A stretch of DNA of 64,000 bases from the human T2T-CHM13v2.0 reference genome, Homo sapiens: the NCBI RefSeq assembly GCF_009914755.1, contig NC_060944.1; one strand, given 5' to 3'. The notes beneath the pieces are model-generated. The model ran no database searches. It was not told the DNA's origin and saw nothing but the letters and a program-made list of their open reading frames with translations. The position numbers and the translations under genes were made by a program. Below, one piece after another: positions 39,271-52,506 of the stretch (the first letter of the stretch is position 1; each line of letters opens with the position of its first letter).

Positions 39271-40721
39271 TTTTGCCAGTTTGAATGGATTTCTTTCTTA
39301 CGGTCAAGTAGGCCATGACTAAGGGAGATAATGAAGCATGGAATTGTCTTTTCCAGAGAAACCACAGGCATGGAATAAGAATTCCCTGAGGAGGCCTTTT
39401 CTGTCCTTTCTTCATCAAGCTGCGACATTATTTTCATATTCAGAGAACTTCAGAGCAACACCGAGTTTCGCTGAGTGGGTTCAGAGTTCCATATGGCAGC
39501 TGTCTCAGTTCCTGGCACGAGGCCAAAGGATGACAGTTCTTATCTTCTTTCATGTTCTTTTGCCCAACCTTAGGGAATATTTCTTTACCCTGTGATTGCT
39601 CATATCTGAAAATCTTACTCACACTCTACAATCTTCCATCAGCCCAATGCCATGTGGTGTTAACCCTTTGCATGCTGCAGTGTTGAGCTGCAAACCTGCC
39701 CTTTTCTTGCAGTAATCCAAAGTGCCCGTAAAGTCTTGAGGCAGACAATGTTATTTTGTCATGTATGTTCATATAATATCAGCAAATCATTCATTGTGTC
39801 TTTGTCTATCTTCCAGACATGGTGGTTGCTTTGTAGAATCAAAATTTCTGTTATCTTTTTTCATAATTAGTTAATAAATTCAAGTTGAGCTAAGGAGCCA
39901 GGTGAAGCCACTGTGATTTGGGCAAGGTTCCCATCGATAGACATGTGCTTTCAGACACAAGATGTGCTTTCAGACATACAATTCTGTTTGGCCAGAGTAG
40001 AATAGAATGGGTGGTGCACACTTTCATTATGTAAGTACACCCTGTTTTTCCCATTGGTAATAATATCTTAAGGAGCGCAAGGAAATTCAGGAAGGAACAT
40101 TTCATAATGTCAAGAATACCTACTAAGTAAATTATTCTTTAGAATAAATCTGAGAGATGGATTGTCATACCAAAGCCAATAGAAACTGAAGCATGATAAT
40201 GTCAATGCATATTTTCCCTGATATACTGTAGATCCGTAGTTTTAAAAGCCTGCTTTTTTATTTTGCTAGCTGAATCTCTTTTATCTTGCTGCCACTCTTC
40301 TCATGGGATGCCTCAAAATCCTACAGACTCTTGCCTGGCAATGGGGAAAAATGAGGGTGTTTACCACTAAGAAAGCCAATTAAAGAAGTAACTGATGGAT
40401 TATCCAGCCCATAGACCAAACAAAATGGACGTTACTTCATGTCTTCAAATATCTAGGCACTGGAATCAGAAAATGAACTCCCAATCAGACTTCCCTGCTT
40501 TTCCTGCAGGGAAAATGAGATGCAAAGCAGAGTCAGAGAAAAATAGCAAATGGCCATTTGTCTGCTGGGAGATAAAAATCTTACTCAGAGGTCAAGTCAC
40601 ATTCAAACTGGTTGATCCCATGGAGACTGACTCTGTCCTGTGGGACATTTCTTCTCTCCTCCTGTCTCTACCTTTCTTTTCTCTGTCTCTCCCACCCTTC
40701 CTCTTTTTATTTGCCCCCACT

Positions 40722-41865
40722 CAGGGTGCAGATACAGGTTTTGTAAGGCTGAAGTTTAAATGACAGTCAGGGGCCAGAGGAAGAGGAAGATATTATTATA
40801 AGTAACAATGAAGTAAACATTTATCTAAAATTAAAAAAAAATAAATCACCAGAAATTGCAAATGTTTAAATGTTGAAAGTCCTTCAACATTATTCAATAC
40901 CAAAAAAGTTACACCATGTTTTTTAATGAGCTGCTTTATACTTTTTCCTACACGTTTGGCTGTATTCCCTTTGATTGCCTTTTGATATGACAATGGATTT
41001 TATATATAATCTTTAATAGAAAACAGAAAGATAATTTAGTTTTTGGGCTAGCATGGTTGATCAAAATCTATTTTTTATTGGCTGAAATGCGTAAAATGCA
41101 AAAACCCACCTCATACACAAGCGCACCCATTTTTCTTTTAGTTTTTAGTACTGCAACAAGCACATGCCCTACAAACACAGAAATTGTGATATGTTTTGTT
41201 TCACTTGTTTCCCATAAAAACTGTACGGTGCATTTATGATTGTATATGTTGGGAAATGCTGTGTATTCTGATAGCAGAGAACTTGCATTTTGACAAGAAC
41301 TGAATGCTCCACTTATAACTTCACAAACTGTAGACTAGCTTCAGAGTCCTACCTTCGAGCCTTGTTTCTTGTCCACCACTTGTACAGCTGCCATGTCAAG
41401 TACCACAGGCCTTATTCATGCCCTGATACAAGGTGGACATTGCACCTTCTTGTCAAGACACTGGATGAGTTTACACAGCAGGCAACAGGAGTATTTCTGG
41501 AAGCCATTACTACACTACAGTGGAAAACGATAACATTACACATTATACATGTGACTATGAACCGCTTAACTGTTTCCACTAAATAATAAGTAAATGCATC
41601 TCTAATTCAACTTTCCCTTCTATATATCATCCCCCAAACACTCACCCCCATTCAACAACACCTAACACAAAGGGAATTGTGGTGGAGCAGAAGTTAAAGT
41701 GGAAACAGACAGCTGTCTTAATTGATTATGATGCAATTTTTTTTTTCTGAAAATGTTTCAAAATCAAAAGATGATAGGAATTATTTTTGAAGTCTGTCCC
41801 AGGGTGTGGGAGGGTCTGTAGGAACTAGGTCCCTGACATTTGAACTTCCTGGCAAAGCTTCCTTC
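40722..41865 (-). mobile_element. Arthur1-like (MER69, hAT-Tip100) internally deleted DNA transposon with transposase C-terminal remnant
   Basis: terminus cagggtgcagatacaggttttgtaaggctgaag; minus strand near 40930-41080 translates KNRF*STMLAQKLNYLS...SYQKAIK (hAT dimerisation-domain RSTM...RL..L motif). Confidence 0.72.
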
Positions 41866-42215
41866 CTTAATGCTGGCAATGGCCAACTTAGTGTCTGGTC
41901 TTCTGCTTTCCCAACCCAGAAATGTGAAGCTTCTGGTTGCTGAGGAGGTCCTAGCCCTCAGGTGGAACGGTGCCATGTGTCCTGGAGCCCAGATACTGCC
42001 TGGGCAGAGAGGTCTGATCACACACAGAGATGGGTGTTGGCCTAGGCTTTCCAGATGAAAACAGTGTGACTGATGGCTACTGAGGTGGGGCTTTGGAAAC
42101 TGGGTCCTTTCAGCCCATGGATGAAGCCTGAGATGTCATGCCCAGTGTTTGAAGCTTACAGACCCAGCTCAATTGACTAATAAGAAGCCTGCTTTGTGCA
42201 TTTAACTCTTCGGTG

Positions 42216-42522
42216 TTTCCTCCCTCCCTCCCTCACTCCCTTCCTCTCTCCCTCCCTTCCTTCCTCTCTCCCTCCCTCCCTTCCTCTCTCCCTCCCTCCC
42301 TTCCTTCCTCTCTCCCTCCCTTCCTTCCTCTCTCCCTCCCTCCCTTCCTCTCTCCCTCCCTCCCTTCCTCTCTCCCTCCCTCCCTTCCTTCCTCTCTCCC
42401 TCCCTCCCTTCCTCTCTCCCTCCCTCCCTTCCTTCCTCTATCCCTCCCTTGCCCCTTCTTTCTTTCCTTTACTTCCTTCCTTCCTTCCTTCCTTCCTTCC
42501 TTCTTTCCTTCCTTCTTTCTTT
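42216..42522. repeat. about 300-bp pyrimidine tract with quasi-periodic ccctcccttcctctct units and TTCC repeats
   Basis: direct inspection. Confidence 0.92.
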
Positions 42523-42534
42523 CATTTAATCATC

Positions 42535-43200
42535 CTGATAGGACACTGAACTAAAAGCTTGAACCCTGGGTTTCTGTTCTGATCTACCACTCATAGCTGT
42601 GTGTCCTTGAACAATCCCTTCATGCTTCTGAACCTCACTTTCATTATCTATAAAGAAAGCAAGTGAACTTGACAGTCTCTTGGTTTCCTGCCCTCAGTAA
42701 CATCTGATTTTTCTAGGTCTGATTAGTATGCCAAATCACATGTGATGTTGAAATGTGTGAGGTTATGTTCTCACCACTAAGTCATTCCCACTGAATCTTT
42801 ATAAATGTAAGCTAAATATTAAGTAAGTAGTGTGAACCCAGGATTACACAGTTGCTTCACATGGATATCTCAGGTAATTCCCCAACAACTAATGTTTTCA
42901 GAAAAAATGTATCTGTCACTTGAGATGTCCCGGGTACTGTGAAGAGCTCTTGCAACAAAGCCCACATCATGTAAGTAAGTCCTCATGACCACCTTAATAG
43001 TTGTGTGATATTATTGTATTCCTTATTTTAGAGAAGAGGAAACTGAGGCACAGGAAGTTTGAGTACTAGAGTGTCAAAGTCATACAGCTAGTAAGTGTCA
43101 CGGTCATCACCTCCAATTATCTCTAAGCCACAGATGACAGCAATTAAATGATTTACCCAGGATTATTCACCCTAGATGGCAGAGATAGAAATAGAATTTC
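42535..43200. mobile_element. MIR fragments (plus strand about 42535-42715; minus strand about 42930-43100 and 43130-43200)
   Basis: tagctgtgtgtccttgaacaatccctt...cctcactttcattatctataaa; ttttagagaagaggaaactgaggcacag...gtcatacagctagtaagtg. Confidence 0.75.
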
Positions 43201-43568
43201 ATTGCCTCTAGATAATGGGACAGTATAAGAAAACTCCACTCACTTGAAGTTCTTTCCAATTGACAAATGTAGTTGGCAATTTATTACCCCAGAGAAATAC
43301 TTTTTCCCCTTGCTTTTAGATGTATCTGTTGTTAAAAGGGGGGAACAAAAGTATCAATTTTGTATAAAGAGTTCGGAAATAATTTGAGTTTTACAGGTTG
43401 TCACTTAATCTTTGAATCTGGTTTTATTCGGTAATATTTTGAAAACTACTCAGGCCAAAAAATCCGGATAAAACTACTGTCCTGGCACCAAAAATGGAAG
43501 AAATGGTAACTGCTGTTCCCTGCATCCTAGGCATTTCCCTGGGCTTACATAGAATTTATTCCAATGTT

Positions 43569-43583
43569 CCACCAGGTGGTGCT
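43569..43583 (+). promoter_or_regulatory. candidate CTCF motif
   Basis: CCACCAGGTGGTGCT versus consensus CCASYAGRKGGCRS; motif match only. Confidence 0.45.
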
Positions 43584-43814
43584 CTGGTGAAGACATGGTT
43601 CTCAGGCTCTCCAACCCCTTGACGTTATGCTTGGAAATATTTTGAGTAGATTAAGTCATTTCTCCTAAGAAAGAGGCTGCCCAGTAAAAGGAATATGATT
43701 GCCCATTTTGCCAATAAGACACAACGTGCACACAGAGAAAAGTCCAACGGGAATCCTCAGATAAAGGACAATCGTCCCTGAAAAAGTCAGTCCCAAAACA
43801 TCTAAGAAGGTATT

Positions 43815-44205
43815 AGAACAGTGGTCTTGGCTGAGTCTTATGGGACTAGAATCAGGAATTTGGAGCTTGCGTTTCTGCTACTAATCTATGAGTCATTTGG
43901 AGAATCTCATTCTTCTCTGGACTGCAGTGTCCTCACCTATAAAATGTGTATAAGTGTACTGGGGTGGTGGGGAGGGGGTTAGACTGTATCAGCCTTCTTC
44001 TATAGGGGGCTCATAAGCCCAATCAATGGTATTTGTAGTCCAACCTCCTGAAGCTGTGAAAAAAACTTTGTGTGTACACATATTTTTCTGGGAAGAAGGT
44101 CCATTGCTTTGGACAGATCTAATCAGAAGCCAGGAGTCCTAAAATGTTAACATCTGGATCAGATCATTTCTAAGGTCCTCTCCAAGCTTCAGTATTCTAT
44201 GATGT
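43815..44205 (+). mobile_element. MIR3/MIRc interrupted by a MER103-like MITE (about 44000-44157)
   Basis: ctctggactgcagtgtcctcacctataaaatg...[ctttgtgtgtacacatatttttctgggaagaaggtccattgcttt]...agatcatttctaaggtcctctcc. Confidence 0.62.
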
Positions 44206-45197
44206 TATAATCTTTCTGGGAAGGAACTTGTGGCTGTCAAATTAATTGGATATCCCTAGCTATGTTCTAGCCGCATCCTTTCTTATGTACTCTCTAATGA
44301 TTTTGTTAAGGCAGTCACACCTAAGTTAACAGAGTCCTGCAACACCCTCTCTACTAGATTAGGTGGCACATCATGTGACTGATGTGGTTCATTAGGGAGC
44401 CAAGAGAGACCAGAGGAGCTGTGAGAGCAACTGGCCAGATCCCACAGGAGCTCAGTGGTGGAAGCAGGTGCTAATTACCATCCTCTGGAGGAACAGGATA
44501 TGCATTTTTTGGGAGTGGGTAAGAATTTCTGGTTAGACAAGCTCCAAATTCTTTGGCCTACTTTGAAGGCACTGCCTGTTCCATTGGCTAGGATGAGATT
44601 TTGTTTCCTGATGAGCACCAGCTCAGCCAGGAAGGAAGGCTCAGAAAAGGAGGTGTGGATATTCTTTGTGGAGGAATTGTCATGCAAATAAAGGCTCCTT
44701 CCCAACCCAAGGTGTAACTGTGAGGGAGTGTCAGGGTCCCACCTTTCTGGCTCAGGAAAAACATATCTCTTACTTTTTTACAGGAGTAGGTTTGGTAGCT
44801 GAGTAATGTAATTATATAGATTATAGATTACCAACAAACACTGAGATTTCAACCTGTTCTGGATATATATTATTTGTGAGGGGAGGGGCTTGGAGAAAAA
44901 GAGCAGGAATATTGGTTGGGATGTAGCCAATGGGAGAACCCCATTATTAAACAGAGAGTGCAGTCCAAGCATTGCACCCACAAGAGGAATTCAATGTAGG
45001 GAGATATTGGGAGTAGAGATCAGTGCTTGGGAGAGAGGAGCTGGGAAAGAAAGCAATTCCTCCAAAGGCTCTAAGTCAGCGTGTTGTCCAGAACGGAAAT
45101 TGAGTATAGGAAGAGAGATTCTTTCTTGGACTTTGGAATATCTAGTCTGGTTCCTTTTCAGAATGATCAGACCACCTTCCTTACCTATTGCCTGGGC

Positions 45198-45689
<492 letters not shown>

Positions 45690-45945
45690 GCCTACACCAA
45701 TGATGGAAAACATGGAACATGCATGCTGATAACCCCCTCCCAAGTTCATGGAATGTGTTTGTTTAGTAATTACAACATTCTTTGTGCACTACAGAACTTG
45801 TGCACAATGCCTGGAACATAGCAGTTGCTCAATAAACATTTATTAAATCTAGTGATCTTTGGGGCAAGATGGGGTGGTGATATCTTTCACTTCAGCACCC
45901 ATTTTAATTTATTCCTTTTCATTAAAAGGACAGTGAAAAATCATC

Positions 45946-46369
<424 letters not shown>

Positions 46370-47035
46370 TAGGGTGGAAGTAAACAACATGGAAGGAAGA
46401 AGAAGAACAGCACTATCGTAGTTTCCTTGATTATTGGTCTCAGGTGATGCCTTGGGGAGCACAAATCCCACCCCAACCCCAAAGAGAAGGAGCTCTGTCA
46501 TGGATCTCAAGAAAACCAGGCCAACCCAATGAGGCCCCCTTGGCCCAAGGAGGTGGCAACACTTTCAGAGGGATGAATAAAGGAGATGGAAATAAAACTG
46601 GGACATGAAAAAGCCTTTTTCAAAAAGAAGCTCTCTTTTGTTCCCGCACCATGTTGTCATCAGTAAGCAGGCTTGCTTATGGAATGCCACGATGGATCCA
46701 GATAAAGAAAACAGCCTGTGAAGCAGGACAGGTTTACCCCAGATTTCAGGGGAGAGGGGTATTCCTCATCCCATGAGGATGGTCAGTCTAGAGGGTTAAG
46801 AACAGTGTGTGGAGGAAAAAGAAAGAATAAATTCCTTAGGGTATTTTTATCATAAGCCTTCAGTTAAAGGAAAAGGAAATATTAAAACTTATGCAAGGGC
46901 CAGTTCCACTCTCCAGGGTCTCAGAGCTGTTCCTAGAAATAGTGTGCATTTTTCCTTGGCTACATAGGTGCTTCAAGACATTTTCTTTTCATACAATTAT
47001 CACAGTTTATTAGCATGTATTTGTGTATTGCCTAC

Positions 47036-47402
47036 TTTATTATTCCATTCTCACACTGCTAATGAAGACATACCCAAGACTGGGTAATTTATAAAGAAAG
47101 AGGTTTAATGGGCTCACAGTTCCACATGGCTGGGGAGGCCTTACAATTGTGGCAGGAGGTGAAGGAGGAGCAAAGGCACATCTTACATGGCAGCAGGCAA
47201 GAGGGCATGTGCAGGCTAACTGCCCTTTATAAAACCATCAGATCTCATGAGACTTATTGACTATCATGAGAACAGCATGGAAAAGACCTGCCCCCATGAT
47301 GTAGTTACCTCCCATCAGGTCCTCCCCACCCCACAACACATGGGGATTATAGGGCTACAATTCAAGATGAGATTTGGGTGAGGATACAGCCAAACCATAT
47401 CA
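47036..47402 (-). mobile_element. THE1B solo LTR (MaLR)
   Basis: ttctcacactgctaatgaagacatacccaagactgggtaatt...attcaagatgagatttgggtg...cagccaaaccatatca; 5-bp TSD CCTAC (47031-47035 and 47403-47407). Confidence 0.92.
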
Positions 47403-47629
47403 CCTACCTTACTCATTAGTCTCTTGGTTCAATACTGAATCCCCAGTACCTTGAATATTAGCACGTACAGGTCACTCAAAACTGTGTGTTCGGTGAATGA
47501 ATAAATTGCACAAAAATTCCCACAGCATTTATTGTCCAAAGAGGCAGAGAATGATTGGCAGTAATTTATTATTATCCTATTTATTTATATTTTTATTTGT
47601 TAAATCAGTCCTTTGTTAAGGCGATTTTT

Positions 47630-48470
47630 CTAATTTGATTAAAAAATTTATAGCCTATGTGTGATGTGAGGAGAGACATAAAAGACTGGGTGTGTCCTAT
47701 GAAGCCTCTCAGAGCTCATAGTCTAGAAGGAGAGATAATCAATGAGGCAATATTGAAAGCATCACTTAGGTCTCAGGGTACTCTGGGGCCACACAGAAAC
47801 ATGCCTTCCCAGACAGGCACAGCTTCCAAGAGGATATTTGGGAAGAAAACTATGGCAAACAATGAAAACCAAGGGAAGGGTCAGCTGTAGGGAGGAGAAT
47901 GCTTCCTTCCTGTTTGGGAATGGGTACAGAATGGATCAGAGGGGTGAGCAAAAGTTGGGGGGATTAGTTAGGCAACTGGTGCAATAAATCAGGAGAAATG
48001 GATGAAGACCTAAGATCAGGCAGTATGTGGAAATTGTAAGAAGGGATGGATAAAATGTGAAGGAAATAGGGTTGAGGGCATTTGTGGGGTGATGGAAACT
48101 AGGAGCAGAGGAGAGACTAAAAAGGAGCATTTGCAGTAGTGAGAAAACCAGGCAAAGAGGAGTTGAGGAGTTAGGAAACTAAACCAGCGTACTAAACAGA
48201 AGGAGTGGTCTGAAGTGTCAAACGCTGTTGATTGTGGCAGAAAAAACAGCAGTGGTGAAATGAAGACAGGAGGTAGGTTATAGGTGAGAGAGGAGTGAAG
48301 TGCTAATGTCTCTTTCTGTAATAGATGCTCTACCTAGAAAAAAAAAAAGAGAGAGAGAGAGAGGTGGGATGGTAGCTAGAGGGAGATGTAGGACCAAGCT
48401 AAAACTTCTAAAATGGAAGGAAATTTTCAGTTGTGTAGGCGAGAGGAAGGATCCAGTGAAAAGGGAGAAA
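47630..48470 (-). mobile_element. L2 fragments
   Basis: gagctcatagtctagaaggaga...ttagttaggcaact...aggagaaatggatgaagacc...ggagtggtctgaagtgtcaaacgctg. Confidence 0.6.
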
Positions 48471-50789
48471 AAAGAGGAATTGGGATATGTGTTTTACCCT
48501 TTTGCTATGGATTCCACCTTTAAACACTTTTGTTATCATCTTCAATGACTTCCTTCTGACGCATTGTTAGACTCTCCTGCTGAAGCAAGTGCTCAATCAT
48601 ACTGCAAGCCTCAGACAGCATCTAATCAAACCTGATCATTCCCACTTAGCTGGCTTCTGATAGTTGGGTTACTTTATCTCTTGGCTCAGAGATTCCTAAT
48701 TTGCTGTTCACAGATCCTCATGGGGTCCACATATAAAATTGTACCTTACCATAATTCATTTCATAATCTATGTATTGTTTCATGCTTTTGAAAGGATATA
48801 TTGGCTTCCCCAGTCTGCCAAAGAAGTCCATGACACAAAGATACCCCCAAACCCTTCATCGATATACTCTAAGTTACAGCTATGACAAGCTCTGTATTTA
48901 GAAACTAACAACTTTCTCCTGTTTCCTGTGGATCACCCACTTACCTTCTCTGTTCCAGATCAATGAATCAGGGAAATTAATAGACTGGAAATGTCTTCTA
49001 CCAATTATTCCCAAAGATACGTAATAATCACCTCGAGAAATAGACAAAAGAATAGATTCCAAAATCCCATATTACAAAATCCCATTCTGAAAAACCCTGA
49101 ATTTAGTACACTTAAAAAGGAAACCAAGAATCTGCCTTTTTAAAACAAGCTCCTTGGCTAATTTTAATGCAGATAGCCTTTGGACAACACAAAGAAACAT
49201 ATCACTTATCTTTCCCTGGCTTTTTTTAAAATGTGTCCTAAATATGATTAATTCTATTGAACATGTTCAGTTACTTTGAGAAATATCAAATCCTCAAACT
49301 TAAATCTTTTCCAAGTTTCCCCAAAGAAATGCCGCCATCTCTAATCTTTACTCACGTGAACAAACCAATCTCTGTTGGTATTTGTTTAAACATTTTGAGA
49401 GGCTCATCACATCACAGAGAATGACATACAAATCACAGCACATAGGGAAATGGCTGTGTGTATGGAACTTTTCAGAATGGAGGGAAAAGGGAACAATATT
49501 CTTAGAGAGGTACAGTTTTAAATTTTTGGAAATCGCAAAGCTTATAAATATAAGAAATGAGTTTAAGGGAAGATAAAATGTAATAGGTGGTGATGCGGCC
49601 AGGAAAAACAAAAAGCCTAAATAATACAATTAACATTTTTTTTTTTTCCTGTGAAGCAGCCACAAAGTAAACCAGGAATTTCCTCTAATACCAAACCATC
49701 AGATGGGTTTTCCTGGGAGTTACTTCCCACACCTGAACAAAATTTCAGCTGATCCCAAGTGACACAGTGTGTAACGATATCCCGCTATGAGGAGGGCCCA
49801 TGATTGCAGGACTCTTGGCAGTACTAGTGTGAGTTGAAACAATGAATGAATTTGCCAGATCTGATCAACAGTTTCAAGGAAGAGTGGACTCACTAATCTT
49901 CGAGATCTGGGAAAACCTTGAGTGGGGCCTTCGTGTTCCTATCTTTCTGAGTTGAAGAAGGAACTCATCCTTCATCTCCAAGTCAATGGTACCAGTGGCT
50001 TCTATTCCCAGGTATGTCAAATTCCTGCCAACAAAGCTAAACAGAACATTTCAGCACCTTGACCCTTACTGAGGAATTTTTAAACCAGGGTTAGAAGTGG
50101 AGCTAATCTGGACAGAGGAGAAGGTAAAAGACATAAAATCTGTCTCCAGTGTCTGCACTTCAATTAAAACCCATATTTGAATCATGAAGTAAGTTGGGTC
50201 TACGACTTCTCAATAATAATGGGTTTCAATAAACTTGCAGAGACATTCCAGAGGCTCTGTCAATATATCAATCAATCTATAACTCTTTTGGCCCCCAAAC
50301 AATGTTTATCTATTTAACTGTGATTACCAGATGTTTTGGTTGATCTACTAGGTGCTTGAAAGCAGCTTTTTTATTTATAGAAAAAAAATCAACAAGAGTG
50401 TGGAATATTATTCTCCACATTCAACAAAACCATTTTGCTGTAATGACAGCCACTAATGGACAGCAGCCATCAGTTAAATAACATCAGCCAATGATGGCAA
50501 GATAATATGGGGTACAGTTTTCATGTGAGTCTCCAATTTAATAGGGGTTAAAAATAATCTTCAAGGTCATCATATTGGTAGCACTTTTTTCTTATCAGAC
50601 ACTGGGAGTAATAATTTATGAAGCATTTTTGAGTTCACTTGCACATCTGCTCCTTTGGACCAGGGAAAGCTCTATGAGAAACACATTCTCCCCATGTTCT
50701 TATAGCACAACAGGGTTCATATTTTATTGATGGGTTTCTTAAAATAATGGTAATAAAAATATAATTTTAGGCTTTTCCAGAAGACACCT

Positions 50790-51245
50790 GATTACTATCC
50801 AGTAGCCACTTGCTCATCCTTTTCTCTTGCCTGCAGAGTCCTCCCCTTATTATAGATATGGAAAATGCCAGATAATTTTTTCTCAAGTCATCCTTGCAAA
50901 TAAGTTCAGGTCATGTGACCATAACCCAGCCAATGAGTACTGAGGGAGAAGTCTTCACAGAAAATCCCTATAGAAAGATTTTATTTTCTAGTAAGAACCT
51001 GATGTTTGAGAAGTGATTCCTTACCTCTCTGTCTGCTGGCTGTACAGCCAGTTGTGTGAGAATATGTGCTCATAATTGTGGCAGCCACCTTGTGACTATG
51101 AGAGGCAAACCAAGAGATGGACAGTGAAGTGTCCCAACGTGGTTGATCTGCTCAAGTAACCAACTCTGAAAACACCTGTGTCTGGGCAGCTTATTAAATG
51201 CAGTTGGATATCTGTTCTTTGCAGTCAAAGTCTTCCTAACAATGC
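50790..51245 (+). mobile_element. MLT1 (J/L-like) LTR
   Basis: catgtgaccataacccagccaatgag...tggcagccaccttgtgactatgag...tctgttctttgcagtcaaagtcttcctaac. Confidence 0.72.
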
Positions 51246-51251
51246 TTTACT

Positions 51252-51520
51252 AATTCATTTTAAGAATGTTTACTGAGTATTCACTAAAGGCTAGCCACTG
51301 TGACAGGCACCGGGCTATCATGGTGAGCACAACAGACATTATTTCTGTACTCTAGGGATTCTCACCTAGGGGACAGACAGAAGTTGATTAGAGGCTATCT
51401 AATGTCATATTTAGCTTCATTGCGTTGGGAGTTTGTGGTTAGAGAAGGCTTCCCTGAGGAAGTGATGCTTGAGCTGCTGTCTGAAGAATACATGGAAACT
51501 AATCAGATGAAGAGGGATGT
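51252..51520 (-). mobile_element. L2 3' fragment
   Basis: aatgtttactgagtattcacta...ggttagagaaggcttccctgaggaagtgatgcttgagctg. Confidence 0.75.
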
Positions 51521-52364
51521 TCTCACTGTGCCTTTGTGAATTAATCAATCAAACTATCTCCTGAAATCAATCAAATTATCTCCTGAAAGCCAATGAAGTC
51601 AACAAATAGAATCACAGGAGAAAGAAAAGTCACCCCCAGTTGTCAACTATTCAGCCAACTGTCTCCCAAGTTAGTGATACATCAAGTGTTGATGAGGAAG
51701 GATTTTTGCAGACTGACAGCCCAATCCTTCTTCCCGTGGGCCCATGTGGACACCTTATTGTGATCGTTCTTATACATACAAAACGTCGTAGTTTTTATGG
51801 TAGCTGAGGTCATGGAGATCAGTTTTCATTTGCTTATTGTACTTGTTATAAATGGTCTAATAAATTATCTCTTTTTGCTAAGAATTTCCATAATTGGTTT
51901 CAGCCTGAGGGCACGTTTTTTTGTTTTTAAACATTCAGCCATTTTGATTTATGTGAATGTGAAAAATCTACATTTTTTTTCTGTGTTTAATCCAATCTAC
52001 AGAATATTATTTAGCGCAAGGAAATCTCCAAAATAGCTGAAGCTTTTCACTTATTTAGATTTCACCAAAGAGTCCCCAGGGTAGAACGAAAACATCTCCA
52101 AGCTAGGGTAATTTTACAAAAACTGCTTAGAGTTCAACAGCTATTTCTGTACTTTCAGAATTCTGTAAACATATGGGGGAAAATCTGTCCACAGTTATGC
52201 CGGAGCAGTGCCCGAGCCCTGAATTCCCCTATCGTTTCATTGTTGGGAAGGGCTAGAGCCCTGATTCAATGTCTGTGTTGCAAAGGCCCTGGAGCTTTTT
52301 CACCTTTCTATTTTTGCCCTGTTAGACAAGGTCTTCCGTCTTTTCTTCCTTGAAAAATCTGCTT

Positions 52365-52506
52365 ATTTCCTCTTCCTTCCTGCGTCCTTCCCTCATTTCT
52401 TTCCTTTCTTCCTTCCTCCCACTTCCCTCCCTCCCTCTCTCTCTCCCTTCCTTCCTTCCTTCCTTCCTTCTTTCCTTTATTTCTTTCTTCCTTCCTCTTT
52501 TTTTCC
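52365..52506. repeat. TTCC/TCCC-rich pyrimidine tract
   Basis: direct inspection. Confidence 0.85.

Noticed and set aside
42196-42554. Pro/Ser/Leu-rich ORFs
   Set aside because: They are translations of the pyrimidine microsatellite.
44340-45180. Possible ancient LTR (Gypsy-like)
   Set aside because: It looks LTR-like, but I could not support termini, a TSD or a family assignment.
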